From an uncultured SAR86 cluster bacterium (GTDB lineage: Bacteria > Pseudomonadota > Gammaproteobacteria > Magnimaribacterales > D2472): a stretch of 64,000 bases of DNA. Each line of letters opens with the position of its first letter. Positions within the stretch are counted from its first letter, which is position 1. The stretch is taken from NCBI GenBank assembly GCA_902599315.1, contig CACKEY010000002.1, forward strand, positions 70,299-134,298, given 5' to 3'. The position numbers and the translations under genes are program-made. Shown piece after piece: positions 10,101-18,908 of the stretch. Below the pieces are notes generated by a model, which was given only the letters and a program-made list of their open reading frames with translations, did not search any database and was not told where the DNA came from.

Positions 10101-10198
10101 GATTCTGGTTCTTTTGTGTCGATGTCTGCTGGTGCAATAGGATTATCTGCAAATACAAAAAAAGGCAATATCAACGTGGATAGTTTGAAAAATTTCAT
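7148..10198 (-). CDS. TonB-dependent outer-membrane receptor
   Basis: Signal peptide MKFFKLSTLILPFFVFA and plug-domain motifs (VVVTGIKRS, IVDAITAEDFGKFPDGNLAESLARVVG). Large beta-barrel ending in the terminal RYKF. The track start at 10213 is a TTG; the ATG is at 10198. Confidence 0.9.
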   Translation of the reverse strand: MKFFKLSTLILPFFVFADNPIAPADIDTKEPESTEIIIAEVENKSIKVSGYDTSSTYTSDEDGVEEVVVTGIKRSLETAIGIKRNNVGIVDAITAEDFGKFPDGNLAESLARVVGIGIDRSNVEGERVAVRGFGPELNLVTLNGRQMPTVPGQWGGGRSFNFGDISSHGVSAVEVYKSTNSRLPSGGIGSTINMVTTKPLAIPGDLTSFSVDMLKDTSSKEGTNPLEAAFVHSSNKGKWGYAISGSFQDRNNRETGTRESNWITVEDLALIEGYSRVDKNAAGITNNNQRADGKTFYQEPSAYQFKDNDRLRINGQVTIQYEFSENLVATADYTYSKVEFSSNGQMFGSWLGGWGTQQATINSNGVYTDLVVGDRGYDHQLIWGDTENLNESIGFNLDWNYSDSLKFELDYHDSSAEKDGSEIPNEMGFATPADAVITHTNGGANGINSFVYNKEFTSSDFVHTGLFYRDAEKENQMKQFQFNGEWTNLDGGYLKSIEFGISSIESEFRDLRSELVTSLNPAVAASASIFTRRSLKGFFDNFDAGNGYYFEIDPKVAKNNWQGRVGLFNAGPVDTNDRVEETIDSMFIQANMEFTVNNRPLNVVAGIRYEEAEVLATGLESTPTNIRWDMINGLQYLTGGPVDAPKSGSNDLVLPQVSMAYSLDDEQVLRFSAGQTMARPSLQDMRSSLTFSNRDFFTPTASGGNPSLEPLKSTNYDIAYEWYYDEGSYFAVNYFYKEIEDFIENQISSGELYGLRNPAYGEIGQYAQNCVNAWDQAGRPDTGFPGEWGSMHCVSQQALWAQSWMNTQQHMGWVAVAMSRGVDVSGGFPFGACESGGWWRCEPGYIDATSSDPLAVFEITRPANIATGEVDGFELVLQHLFGDTGYGVQLNATFVEGGDVDIDRNAIGRQFILPGLGDSSNASVFYEDEKITARIALNTRGETVAGFGNYDQPLYVMERNQIDASFAYRLNEQASVFVEGQNLNDEDTRLYARYPEMLFLAQDHGPVYRLGFRYKF

Positions 10199-10319
10199 TA
10201 TATTATTCCCCAATAATAAGAAGTTAACCCGAATTATCGCTATATTGTCTGCCTTGTCAAGGGAGTGAATCTAAAGGAAATATAAGTAAAAAAAACACAT
10301 TTTTACAACGGCAAAAGAT

Positions 10320-11126
10320 TCATTTTTTAAAAAGCAATGTCATCCTATCTGATTCACCGATTAACTCATATTTAGCTCTATCTTTTTCTTTTAATCTAAA
10401 GGATGGTGGTAGTGTCCAAACTCCTCTAGGATGATTGGCTGTATCATTTGGATTTGCATTAATCTCTGATGTTCTCACCAATTCAAATCCTACTTCTAAA
10501 GCTTTTTTAATTGCCAATGATTGGGTTACATAACCGCTTTTTTTCATAAATTCCATGGAGGATCCTTCTGGTGCTCTGTGTTCGACCACACCAAAAAAGC
10601 CGCCAGGCTTAAGAGAATTATATGCCTCCTGCATCACAGCTTTCATAGAGTCGCTTCCTAACCAATTGTGCAGATTTCTAAATGTAACTACGAGATCTTG
10701 ACTTTCAGGTTCAGTGAAAGCATTTGATGGAGGGACGTCTGCAGTAATTACTTTTACCCCTTTAAATAACGGATTTGAAGCTAGCTTTTTATCAAAAGAG
10801 TTTCTAGAGCGCATATAGTAGCCTCCAGCATCTGGATTATGATGAGTTACAGATAATTTTCCATTTGCTCTTAAATATGGGGCTAATATCTCAGTGTACC
10901 ATCCGCCTCCCGCAGACAATTCTAAGACATGCATAGATGAGTTAATTTGAAAAAAAGTTAGTGTTTCATAAGGATTTCTGTAGTTATCTCTCTTTGAATA
11001 TGCAGGATTTCTATTAGGATCGTTTATCGCCTCAAGCAATGATTCATTTTTATTTAGTGCAAAGACAGAATTAGAAAAACTAAAAACTAATAAAAATAAG
11101 CTGAGAGTGTTAAAAAAATTTTTCAT
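10320..11126 (-). CDS. signal-peptide-bearing class I methyltransferase-fold protein (COG4798-like)
   Basis: MKNFFNTLSLFLLVFSFSNSVFA signal, then VLELSAGGGWYTE (SAM motif I-like) and LKPGGFFGVVEH. GGAG RBS lies 6 nt upstream of the ATG at 11126. Confidence 0.6.
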   Translation of the reverse strand: MKNFFNTLSLFLLVFSFSNSVFALNKNESLLEAINDPNRNPAYSKRDNYRNPYETLTFFQINSSMHVLELSAGGGWYTEILAPYLRANGKLSVTHHNPDAGGYYMRSRNSFDKKLASNPLFKGVKVITADVPPSNAFTEPESQDLVVTFRNLHNWLGSDSMKAVMQEAYNSLKPGGFFGVVEHRAPEGSSMEFMKKSGYVTQSLAIKKALEVGFELVRTSEINANPNDTANHPRGVWTLPPSFRLKEKDRAKYELIGESDRMTLLFKK

Positions 11127-11187
11127 TAAAATCTCCAATGTATTTAATAATGTTAATCTAGCATTAGTATTTTTAATAGAGCGTTAA

Positions 11188-11577
11188 ATGAAATGGATAA
11201 AAAAATTTGATAATTTTTATTTAATTATTGGAAGATCTTTGTTGGGCTTATATTTTGTTGGTCCAGGATTAAGCAAAGTATTTGATTATGCCGGAACGCT
11301 TGCATTGATGAAAATAAAAGGAGTTCCATTTAGTTCAATACTGTTACCATTAACCATAGGAATTCAAATATTAGGCGGACTATGTTTAATTCTTGGAAGA
11401 AGTTTGAGGATAGCCTCACTGACACTTTTCATTCTAACAGTTGTTATAAATATTTTTATTCATAATTTTTGGACACTTGAAGGAGATCCTACTCAAGCTC
11501 ATGAAATACAAAATTTTGTAAAGAACCTAGCGATAGGCGCTGGTTTATTAGTTCTATCTACAAAAGATAGAAGCTAA
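11188..11577 (+). CDS. DoxX-family membrane protein
   Basis: About 130 aa with four hydrophobic segments. LLGLYFVGPGLSKV and the QNFVKNLAIGAGLL C-terminal pattern are typical of DoxX. Confidence 0.7.
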   Translation: MKWIKKFDNFYLIIGRSLLGLYFVGPGLSKVFDYAGTLALMKIKGVPFSSILLPLTIGIQILGGLCLILGRSLRIASLTLFILTVVINIFIHNFWTLEGDPTQAHEIQNFVKNLAIGAGLLVLSTKDRS

Positions 11578-11836
11578 GAGTTTGAAATAAACCAATTACT
11601 CCCAGCCAACCAAGATGAGCAAATCGTGAAATCGATTTGTTTTGATGATTCCAAACCCCAAAAGCTCCAAAAGCACCACAAGCTCCAAAAGAGGGAATCC
11701 AAAATCCAACTAGGCCCAATAATCCAAATACACTCAACAATCTTATTGAGCTACCGGATTGACTTGGATGAACTTTATTAAGGAGACCTGTTAAACCGAT
11801 AAGACCAAATAATCCAATCAGCCCAAGGTAGCCCAT
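11558..11836 (-). CDS. small glycine-zipper membrane protein, function unknown
   Basis: Repeated GLxGLxGL / GAFGAFG motifs. The start lies 3 nt after the RRM gene stop, so co-transcription is likely. The 3' end overlaps the convergent DoxX gene by 20 nt. Confidence 0.4.
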   Translation of the reverse strand: MGYLGLIGLFGLIGLTGLLNKVHPSQSGSSIRLLSVFGLLGLVGFWIPSFGACGAFGAFGVWNHQNKSISRFAHLGWLGVIGLFQTLSFYLL

Positions 11837-11839
11837 AAA

Positions 11840-12079
11840 TTAATCTCTAGGACGTGACTCGTTAACGACCAGCTTTCTACCTTCAACTTCGGCATCATTT
11901 AATGCTTGGATTGCATTTTCACCGCCGTCTGACATTTCAACAAAACCAAAGCCCCTAGAGCGATTAGTTTGACGATCAGTTATAACCTTAGCTGATGTAA
12001 TGGTGCCATGCTCAGCAAAAATTTGCTCAAGAGCGGCGTCGTCTATACTCCATGGGAGGTTTCCAACATAAATATTCAT
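11840..12079 (-). CDS. RRM-type RNA-binding protein
   Basis: RNP2 IYVGNL and RNP1 RGFGFVEM motifs in a single 79-aa RRM domain. Confidence 0.85.
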   Translation of the reverse strand: MNIYVGNLPWSIDDAALEQIFAEHGTITSAKVITDRQTNRSRGFGFVEMSDGGENAIQALNDAEVEGRKLVVNESRPRD

Positions 12080-12145
12080 ATTATTCCTATCTAATGAAAA
12101 TTAAAAAAGCAGTGTAACGTATTTTTAGAAATAAAACTCAATATA

Positions 12146-13069
12146 TTAAACATTTAAAAAGTCTAGTGTCTGATCACCAAAATCAGACCACCACTCCATT
12201 CCCATTAAGTTGATTCGCTCGAGATTTACTTCAGAGGTATCATCCATTCTTCGGTTTACAAGACCAGTGGAGGAATTAACTCTTAGGTAGTTCTCACCCA
12301 TTAAGTCACTGGCAATTTCATCAAACATACTAGATTCAAGCATAATCCCCAAAATATCATGATTAAACCAATTTATGGCACCCCACTTAGCAGAATTCTT
12401 TCCGTTAATTTTTCTTCTATTTATCCCAGTTCCAATACTGAGAACCTTGATTTCATAATCTGGGAAAAGTTTCTTGGCCTCAGAATAACCAAGCAAAGAT
12501 GGATTATTAGCAACTATTCCACCATCTATTAACCAAGTTCCATCATCTATTTCTTGAGTTGAATAATAAATAGGTGCAGCACTTGTTGCACTTGCTGCGC
12601 TAACCATTTTTATACCCGGAGAATCATATGAGCTGAGTAAACGAGGTTTTCGACTTTCAACATCATATGCTAAAACTGCAACGGATTTTTTAGCCTCTCC
12701 GAGTGATTGATCTTGGAAATATTCGAGCAGGACATCTCGCTTCCCTATTCCATCATATTTAGGTTTAGTTTGAAGAAAAGATGCATTATCCCAGAATGAT
12801 TTTGACATAGTTTTAGCTAAATTTTCTTTTGACCAAAACTCCTCCAACTCAAAGCAATCAGATCCTCGTCCAGCAAAATGCAATGCATTAATTCCTCCGG
12901 CACTAGTGCCAATAAAAAAATCAAATAAATCAAAAATTTTCCTTCCAGAGGCAATTTCTAACTGCTTTAGAAATACAACTTCTGCAATGGCCCTTACTCC
13001 ACCTCCATCTAAGGATAAAATCAATTTTGTTTTTTTTGGTGAATTAAAATATTTTAAAAATCTGCGCAT
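12146..13069 (-). CDS. patatin-like phospholipase
   Basis: LSLDGGGVRA oxyanion motif, GTSAGG nucleophile elbow (GxSxG) and IDGGIVANNP catalytic Asp motif. Confidence 0.85.
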   Translation of the reverse strand: MRRFLKYFNSPKKTKLILSLDGGGVRAIAEVVFLKQLEIASGRKIFDLFDFFIGTSAGGINALHFAGRGSDCFELEEFWSKENLAKTMSKSFWDNASFLQTKPKYDGIGKRDVLLEYFQDQSLGEAKKSVAVLAYDVESRKPRLLSSYDSPGIKMVSAASATSAAPIYYSTQEIDDGTWLIDGGIVANNPSLLGYSEAKKLFPDYEIKVLSIGTGINRRKINGKNSAKWGAINWFNHDILGIMLESSMFDEIASDLMGENYLRVNSSTGLVNRRMDDTSEVNLERINLMGMEWWSDFGDQTLDFLNV

Positions 13070-13077
13070 TTAAAGAT

Positions 13078-13878
13078 TTAATTACTGTCTTGAAAGATTT
13101 TATTTAATAATTGACTGAGACGAATAGCAGCTAGCGCAATTCTTTCATTAATAATATCAAAGTGATTTTCCATATACACATCAGTAACAACCTCTAACTC
13201 ATTATCTCTATAACCAACAGATGGCTGCATTGCAAGGTCTCTGCTTTCCTGAGCCCAAGATTCAATATCATTTGAATGAAATACATTCAAGAATTGACTA
13301 ATTTTCTCATCAACTTTTTTTGGAAAATAATTCTTACTGTGAGTAAACTCCATATGTTCAATAATTTGTCCGTCCCACAAACTATGCATATTTGTCTGAC
13401 GTCCATCGGTAAACTCTAGCGAGTGATCATTGCCTCCTCGATCATGCGGATAACCGACGTGCATGGGTTGATGAATGTCTCCAATAAAATGGCCAATAAA
13501 CCATAACGCTTCTTTTTTATTCTGTCTCGTACTTGATAAATCCTCTAAAATTGCTATTTGCTCATGTAATGAAAAAATCAAGCATCCATTTTGAGGACAT
13601 TTTGCTTTATAAATATTTTGCTCAGAATCAGGAAGATTTATGTAATGCCAAGATCTGGTTTCTTTTCTCTCTTCAGCTTTAATCCAGTCAGCCCAAAGAC
13701 ATGCTTCACCAAAAGAACCAAGTTCTTTAATTAAAGGGTCAATGGTTTTAATTGTTGATGGGGTTAATAATTCATATGCTTTATCACAAACCATTTTATG
13801 ACCAGTCTCCCACCATGCTTGTAAATTCAATGAAAAAATAAATCCATAAAAAAATATAAATTTTCTTCTTGAAAACAT
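13078..13878 (-). CDS. secreted S1/P1-family nuclease
   Basis: Signal peptide ending LQA followed by WWETGH. Also WHYINLP, IGDIHQPMHVG, GGN and NMHSLWD zinc-ligand motifs of the S1/P1 family. Confidence 0.85.
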   Translation of the reverse strand: MFSRRKFIFFYGFIFSLNLQAWWETGHKMVCDKAYELLTPSTIKTIDPLIKELGSFGEACLWADWIKAEERKETRSWHYINLPDSEQNIYKAKCPQNGCLIFSLHEQIAILEDLSSTRQNKKEALWFIGHFIGDIHQPMHVGYPHDRGGNDHSLEFTDGRQTNMHSLWDGQIIEHMEFTHSKNYFPKKVDEKISQFLNVFHSNDIESWAQESRDLAMQPSVGYRDNELEVVTDVYMENHFDIINERIALAAIRLSQLLNKIFQDSN

Positions 13879-13880
13879 AA

Positions 13881-15086
13881 TTAGTAGTTTTCAGCTATTG
13901 CAGTAGATATTGCTCTAAAGATAGCAACGTGCTCATCTTTTGAACGATCTTTTTCTTGAGGAAACTTATAGTTTGATGAAGTTTTAGCTATAACAACATT
14001 ACTTTTTGGATCAATAAAAACATGCTGATTATATATGCCTGAAGCCATATACTCATCATCTGGAAATCCTGGAATCCACCACTGATAGCCATAGCCCCAT
14101 GCGCTTGAAGAAGAGGTATTTTCTCCTGGTTTGAGATGCTCCTCATCAAGTCTATGGGATGCATCAACCCATTCAGCGGGGACAATTGATTCTCCGTTCC
14201 AAAAACCTCTATTTAAATACAGAAGTCCAAATTTAGCATAGTCTCTCAATGAAGCATTTAAGCCACCTAAAGCTACTTCCATGCCTGAATTATCAATCAT
14301 GTAATAAGCATCATGCTCCATTCCGATCTTCTGCCAAATATCATCTTTGAGGTTATCTGTAATTGTCTTGCCTGTTACTTCCTGTAAAAGCATTGCGAGC
14401 ATTTGAGTATCTATGCTCACATAATGATTGTAGGTACCTTGTGGTTTTTCATTTTCTAAAGTTTTTGCAAACTCTCTCATTGATGTCCCAAAGGATATCG
14501 TTCTTCCAAACCTGTTAATGTCTGAGTTATAGTCAGCATAATCCTCATTAAATTTTATGCCTGATGACATTTGTAACAAATTCTTGATTGAAACATTGTT
14601 GTAACCGGTATTTGTAAAGTCTGAAAGATACTTTGTGATTGGATCATTAATACTTTCTATCTGACCTCTTTCGATTGCTATACCAATTAAAGCTGAAAGA
14701 AAAGATTTTGCTACAGACCATGAAATATGCTGAGATGTCTGATTATTATTATGCCAATAATTTTCATACAAGATCGTATCATTATTTAAAACAATCAACC
14801 CATCTGTTTCATAATAATCTAATGCGTCCATTAAATTTCTATCTTTGTCATCAAAGTAATAAGTTTGCGGTAAATTAAATTCTTTTTTATTAAATATAAA
14901 TGGTTCGCCAGATGCAGGAATCGCTGGGCCAATTTGAAAAACTTTATCCATATTTATAAAGTTGAAGGCTATTTTGTCTTGCTCATATAAATTAATCATT
15001 TTGTATACTCTTAACAATTTCGGAGTATAAATTAGCGCAGCGATAAAGCTTATCAAGGCCAAAGATAGTAATATTTTATTGAGCAT
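13881..15086 (-). CDS. beta-lactamase-fold serine hydrolase (membrane-anchored or exported)
   Basis: N-terminal hydrophobic anchor, SxxK motif in HISWSVAKSF, and family-typical length. Confidence 0.7.
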   Translation of the reverse strand: MLNKILLSLALISFIAALIYTPKLLRVYKMINLYEQDKIAFNFINMDKVFQIGPAIPASGEPFIFNKKEFNLPQTYYFDDKDRNLMDALDYYETDGLIVLNNDTILYENYWHNNNQTSQHISWSVAKSFLSALIGIAIERGQIESINDPITKYLSDFTNTGYNNVSIKNLLQMSSGIKFNEDYADYNSDINRFGRTISFGTSMREFAKTLENEKPQGTYNHYVSIDTQMLAMLLQEVTGKTITDNLKDDIWQKIGMEHDAYYMIDNSGMEVALGGLNASLRDYAKFGLLYLNRGFWNGESIVPAEWVDASHRLDEEHLKPGENTSSSSAWGYGYQWWIPGFPDDEYMASGIYNQHVFIDPKSNVVIAKTSSNYKFPQEKDRSKDEHVAIFRAISTAIAENY

Positions 15087-15094
15087 AGTATTTT

Positions 15095-15940
15095 TTATTG
15101 ATACATGGCTTGATCAAAAGCTTGAAGGTATTCAGTAGAAATCTCTTCTAATTGGCGCTTATAACCCTTGTGAGTAAATATATAAAAATCTTTATTCTCA
15201 ATACCTGAAAAAATAGCTTTTGCTGCTTCCAATGGTGATATTGGATAAGTATTATGTGCATCTTCAGCTGCTACCTCTAGCATTGCCCTAGGATCAGCAT
15301 CTGAATCTTCAACTTTATGCTCAATATCTTTTTTTTGAGAGCTATCAAATGTGCTATTTACAATATTGGTTGTTACCTCACCAGGACAAACAATGCTGAC
15401 ATCCACATTAGAACCATTTAACTCCGCTCTTAAAGATGTCATTAAGCCCCTGATTCCAAATTTTGATGCAGAATAAAGGCCTAACATTGGATAAGCGATA
15501 AATCCAGATGTTGAGCAGGTTGCAATAATATGTGATTCCTCGCCAGAAGATTGCATTTGAGGTAAAAAAGCGTGTACTCCATTAAAGCAGCCTCCCAGAT
15601 TTATGTTAATCAGCCAATCGTACATATCTCGATTTACTTGACTTAATGGTGCAGGACCCAATACCCCAGCGTTGTTAAAAAGAAGATGGCAATGTTGAAA
15701 GGTCTCAAAAGTTTGACTGGCAAGATTTTCAACTTCATTCAAATTACTTACATCAACAACTCTGGCTATTGCCTCTACTCCTTTACTTTTTACAAGTTCA
15801 AGAGTTTCATCCAAACCAGCTTGATCTACGTCTGCCAAAACAAGTCGCATTTTTTTATCAGCTGATGCCTCAGCGATACCCCTACCAATGCCACTACCTG
15901 CGCCAGTAATTACAGCCACTTTATTTTCAAAATTTTTCAT
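15095..15940 (-). CDS. short-chain dehydrogenase/reductase
   Basis: VAVITGAGSGIGRG cofactor motif, NNAG, and YSASK catalytic motif. Confidence 0.85.
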   Translation of the reverse strand: MKNFENKVAVITGAGSGIGRGIAEASADKKMRLVLADVDQAGLDETLELVKSKGVEAIARVVDVSNLNEVENLASQTFETFQHCHLLFNNAGVLGPAPLSQVNRDMYDWLININLGGCFNGVHAFLPQMQSSGEESHIIATCSTSGFIAYPMLGLYSASKFGIRGLMTSLRAELNGSNVDVSIVCPGEVTTNIVNSTFDSSQKKDIEHKVEDSDADPRAMLEVAAEDAHNTYPISPLEAAKAIFSGIENKDFYIFTHKGYKRQLEEISTEYLQAFDQAMYQ

Positions 15941-15989
15941 TTATCTCTCACCAATTTAACATTCAAATATTATCTTAACTCAAATAAAC

Positions 15990-16898
15990 TTAAAAATATT
16001 TCACTAGAAAATAAGCTGAAGGAATAACTGCTGCCCATAGAATTAAGGCCATCATTAAAGGTTTTACATCCATCGATCTAATCTCATTTATATCAAACTG
16101 GCTGCCGATACAGAATAATCCAAACAAAAGAAAAATTTGGCTGGATATTTGAAGAAGATTGATCATGTCACTATTAAAGTTTAATAAAGTATTTAAAGTG
16201 ATTGCCGCAACAAAAAATATTATAAATCTTGGAAACTTCGCTGCTTTTGCTTGTTTATTAAATATCCAATTTGCAATTAATATCAATGGTATTAGCCATA
16301 AAGTTCTTCCTAACTTTAATGTGGCTGCAACTTGAGCAGACTCACTACTATAAGTTACTGCAGATCCAATCACTGAACTTGTGTCATGGATTGCTAGTGC
16401 AGACCAAGCGCCAAACTCAAAATTAGTCATCTCGAAATAACTTCCAACAATAGGAAATAAAGCAATCGCAATAGCATTTAATAAAAATACTATTGTCATT
16501 GCGATCAAAAGCTCTTGAGGTTTAGCTTTAATAATTGGAGCCACAGCAGCCATAGCAGTTCCACCACAAATAGCTGCGCCTGATGAAAGCAAAAAGGCAA
16601 TACGTTGATGAATGCCAAGAATTTTTCCAAGAAGTAGTCCTGCAATAAAAGAAGTTATCACGAAAAATGAAACCCATGGTAAATATTCTGCGCTCACGTT
16701 AAGTGCATACGGCAAGCTTATAGTTGCTCCCAAAAGAACAATGCCAATCTGTAATGGCAGAGTATTAATACGCCTACTAAAAAAATTTTTGGAAGGATTA
16801 AAAAAATAGTTAAACAGAACCCCTAAAAATATAGATAAGGCTGCATTACCCAAAAAAAGGGAAATTAAAACGAGCGATATAAATATAAAACTAAGCAA
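15990..16898 (-). CDS. YeiH/UPF0324-family inner-membrane protein
   Basis: About 300-aa polytopic membrane protein. The GGTAMAAVAP and SALAIHDTSSVIG patterns are as in the YeiH family. Confidence 0.55.
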   Translation of the reverse strand: MLSFIFISLVLISLFLGNAALSIFLGVLFNYFFNPSKNFFSRRINTLPLQIGIVLLGATISLPYALNVSAEYLPWVSFFVITSFIAGLLLGKILGIHQRIAFLLSSGAAICGGTAMAAVAPIIKAKPQELLIAMTIVFLLNAIAIALFPIVGSYFEMTNFEFGAWSALAIHDTSSVIGSAVTYSSESAQVAATLKLGRTLWLIPLILIANWIFNKQAKAAKFPRFIIFFVAAITLNTLLNFNSDMINLLQISSQIFLLFGLFCIGSQFDINEIRSMDVKPLMMALILWAAVIPSAYFLVKYF

Positions 16899-16986
16899 TT
16901 AAAAGCATCCCAGGTTTTCAATGAATAATGATCTTCTAATAGTAAGTGTTATCGAGTAAAAGAAGCAATCTTTGATATTAAAATTT

Positions 16987-18771
16987 TTATCTAATAATTT
17001 TTTTTCTAAGTCTTATACTCTTTGGAGTTACCTCAACCAGCTCGTCGTCCTCAATAAACTCAAGAGCTTGTTCTAGTGTATGTTCAATGTGAGGAGTTAG
17101 TATAAGATTTTCATCTGTGCCGGCTGCTCTTATATTTGTAAGTTGCTTAGCTTTTGTTGGGTTTACAGGCAAATCGTTGTCCCTGGAATGCAATCCAACT
17201 ATTTGGCCTTTGTACACTTCAAGGCCATGGCCTACAAACATCTTTCCTCTGTTTTGTAAATTAAATAATGCATAAGCCAAAGTTTTTCCAGCAATCATTG
17301 AAACCATTACACCATTTTGGCGATTTCCAATTTCGCCCTTTTTTGCAATTCCATAATGATCAAAAACACTAGTTAAAATTCCACTGCCACTTGTTAAGGT
17401 TAGAAATTGTGATCGAAATCCAATTAATCCTCTTGAAGGAGACATAAACTCAAGTCTCATTCGTCCATTTTCTGTAATTTCTAATGATTGTAAATCTGCT
17501 TTTCTATTGCCCATTTCTTCCATAATTGCACCTTGATGCGCCTCTTCTATATCAATCACAACAACTTCATATGGTTCATGGATTTCATCATTTACCTCTT
17601 TTTGAATTACTTGAGGTTTAGAAACAGCTAATTCAAAATTTTCTCTTCGCATAGTTTCAATTAATACTGATAAGTGCAATTCTCCTCGGCCAGAAACCTT
17701 GAATTGATCTGGACTTTCTCCATCCTCAACTCTAAGAGCAACGTTATGAATTAACTCTTGATTAAGTCTTTCTTTGATATTTCTTGATGTTATGTATTTG
17801 CCCTCTTTACCACAAAAAGGTGAATCATTAACTTGAAATATCATGCTGACAGTAGGCTCATCTACTGATAAAGGCGGCATAGGATTAATATGTTCAGGGT
17901 CACATAATGTATCGGAAATATTTAATGATTCTATTCCAGTAATGCAGACAATGTCTCCGGCTTCCGCATCATCAATTTCAACCCTCTCAAGCCCATGATG
18001 ACCAAGAATTTGAAGAATTTTGGCCTTACGTTCAATACCATCCTTATTAACAACAACCACTTTATCATTTGGTTTAACATAACCACCAGTAATTCTACCA
18101 ATTCCAATAACGCCAACATAACTGTTACTGTCTAGAGCCGAAATTTGCATTCTAAATGGTGCATTTTGATCAACTTCTGGCGCAGAAACCTTCTCTGTAA
18201 TCATATCTAACAAAGGCGTCATATCACTTGCCATTTGATCAGGCTCATGGCCAGCAAATCCCTTAATTGCTGATGTATAAATAGTAATGAAGTCTAACTG
18301 CTCATCGGTTGCTCCAAGATTATCAAACAGCTCAAAAACTTGATCGAGAACCCAGTGAGGTCTTGCTTCAGGTCGATCAATTTTATTTATGACCAAAATA
18401 GGATGAAGCCCTTTCTCAAATGCTTTTTGTGTAACAAATCTTGTTTGGGGCATCGGGCCATCTACTGCATCAACCAACAATAAAACTGAATCAACCATGG
18501 AAAGTACTCTTTCAACCTCTCCACCAAAATCAGCATGACCAGGAGTATCAACAATATTAATTCTATAATCATTCCAATTTATGGCTGTATTTTTTGCAAG
18601 AATGGTAATACCTCTTTCTCGCTCTTGATCGTTAGAATCCATAATCCTCTCTGTACTCATATTTTTACGATCTAATGTTCCAGATTGTTGAAGTAATTTA
18701 TCTACTAATGTAGTTTTGCCATGATCAACATGGGCAATAATTGCTATGTTTCTTATCTTGTCTTTTTTCAT
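16987..18771 (-). CDS. typA: translational GTPase TypA/BipA
   Basis: [33 protein letters not shown] and NKID G-motifs, with colinear BipA-type domains. Confidence 0.95.
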   Translation of the reverse strand: MKKDKIRNIAIIAHVDHGKTTLVDKLLQQSGTLDRKNMSTERIMDSNDQERERGITILAKNTAINWNDYRINIVDTPGHADFGGEVERVLSMVDSVLLLVDAVDGPMPQTRFVTQKAFEKGLHPILVINKIDRPEARPHWVLDQVFELFDNLGATDEQLDFITIYTSAIKGFAGHEPDQMASDMTPLLDMITEKVSAPEVDQNAPFRMQISALDSNSYVGVIGIGRITGGYVKPNDKVVVVNKDGIERKAKILQILGHHGLERVEIDDAEAGDIVCITGIESLNISDTLCDPEHINPMPPLSVDEPTVSMIFQVNDSPFCGKEGKYITSRNIKERLNQELIHNVALRVEDGESPDQFKVSGRGELHLSVLIETMRRENFELAVSKPQVIQKEVNDEIHEPYEVVVIDIEEAHQGAIMEEMGNRKADLQSLEITENGRMRLEFMSPSRGLIGFRSQFLTLTSGSGILTSVFDHYGIAKKGEIGNRQNGVMVSMIAGKTLAYALFNLQNRGKMFVGHGLEVYKGQIVGLHSRDNDLPVNPTKAKQLTNIRAAGTDENLILTPHIEHTLEQALEFIEDDELVEVTPKSIRLRKKIIR

Positions 18772-18908
18772 GAAGGATTTTTATTGCAGAGGATTATACG
18801 AGAATATAAGAAAAGAAATAGCCTTGTAATTAAGTTATATTTTATAAATTTGAGATCTGAAATCATAATTTTCTTTCATGGGTCCATGAATAATGATTCA
18901 ATAATGAT

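Noticed and set aside
7747-10268. Several 60-90 aa ORFs antisense to the first TBDR (7747-7935, 8432-8644, 9777-10049, 10062-10268). Comparable antisense or alternate-frame ORFs occur inside argG, coaBC, typA, the other TBDRs, secD, proB, rnc and others
   Set aside because: All lie wholly inside longer ORFs with clear family identity. They have low-complexity or biased composition and no RBS, as expected for chance ORFs.
12146-13069. Patatin phospholipase as a CBASS-like or other anti-phage effector
   Set aside because: No CD-NTase, cyclase, STING/SAVED, TIR or other sensor gene is adjacent. Its neighbours are exported catabolic hydrolases, and it sits last in a tight metabolic-looking operon.
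18888-18908. Fur-box-like sequence GAATAATGATTCAATAATGAT (direct 9-mer AATAATGAT repeated) abutting the metB start codon
   Set aside because: It lacks the inverted half (ATCATTATC) of the Fur consensus and covers the RBS/start rather than a promoter. Such A/T words are expected by chance in this composition.
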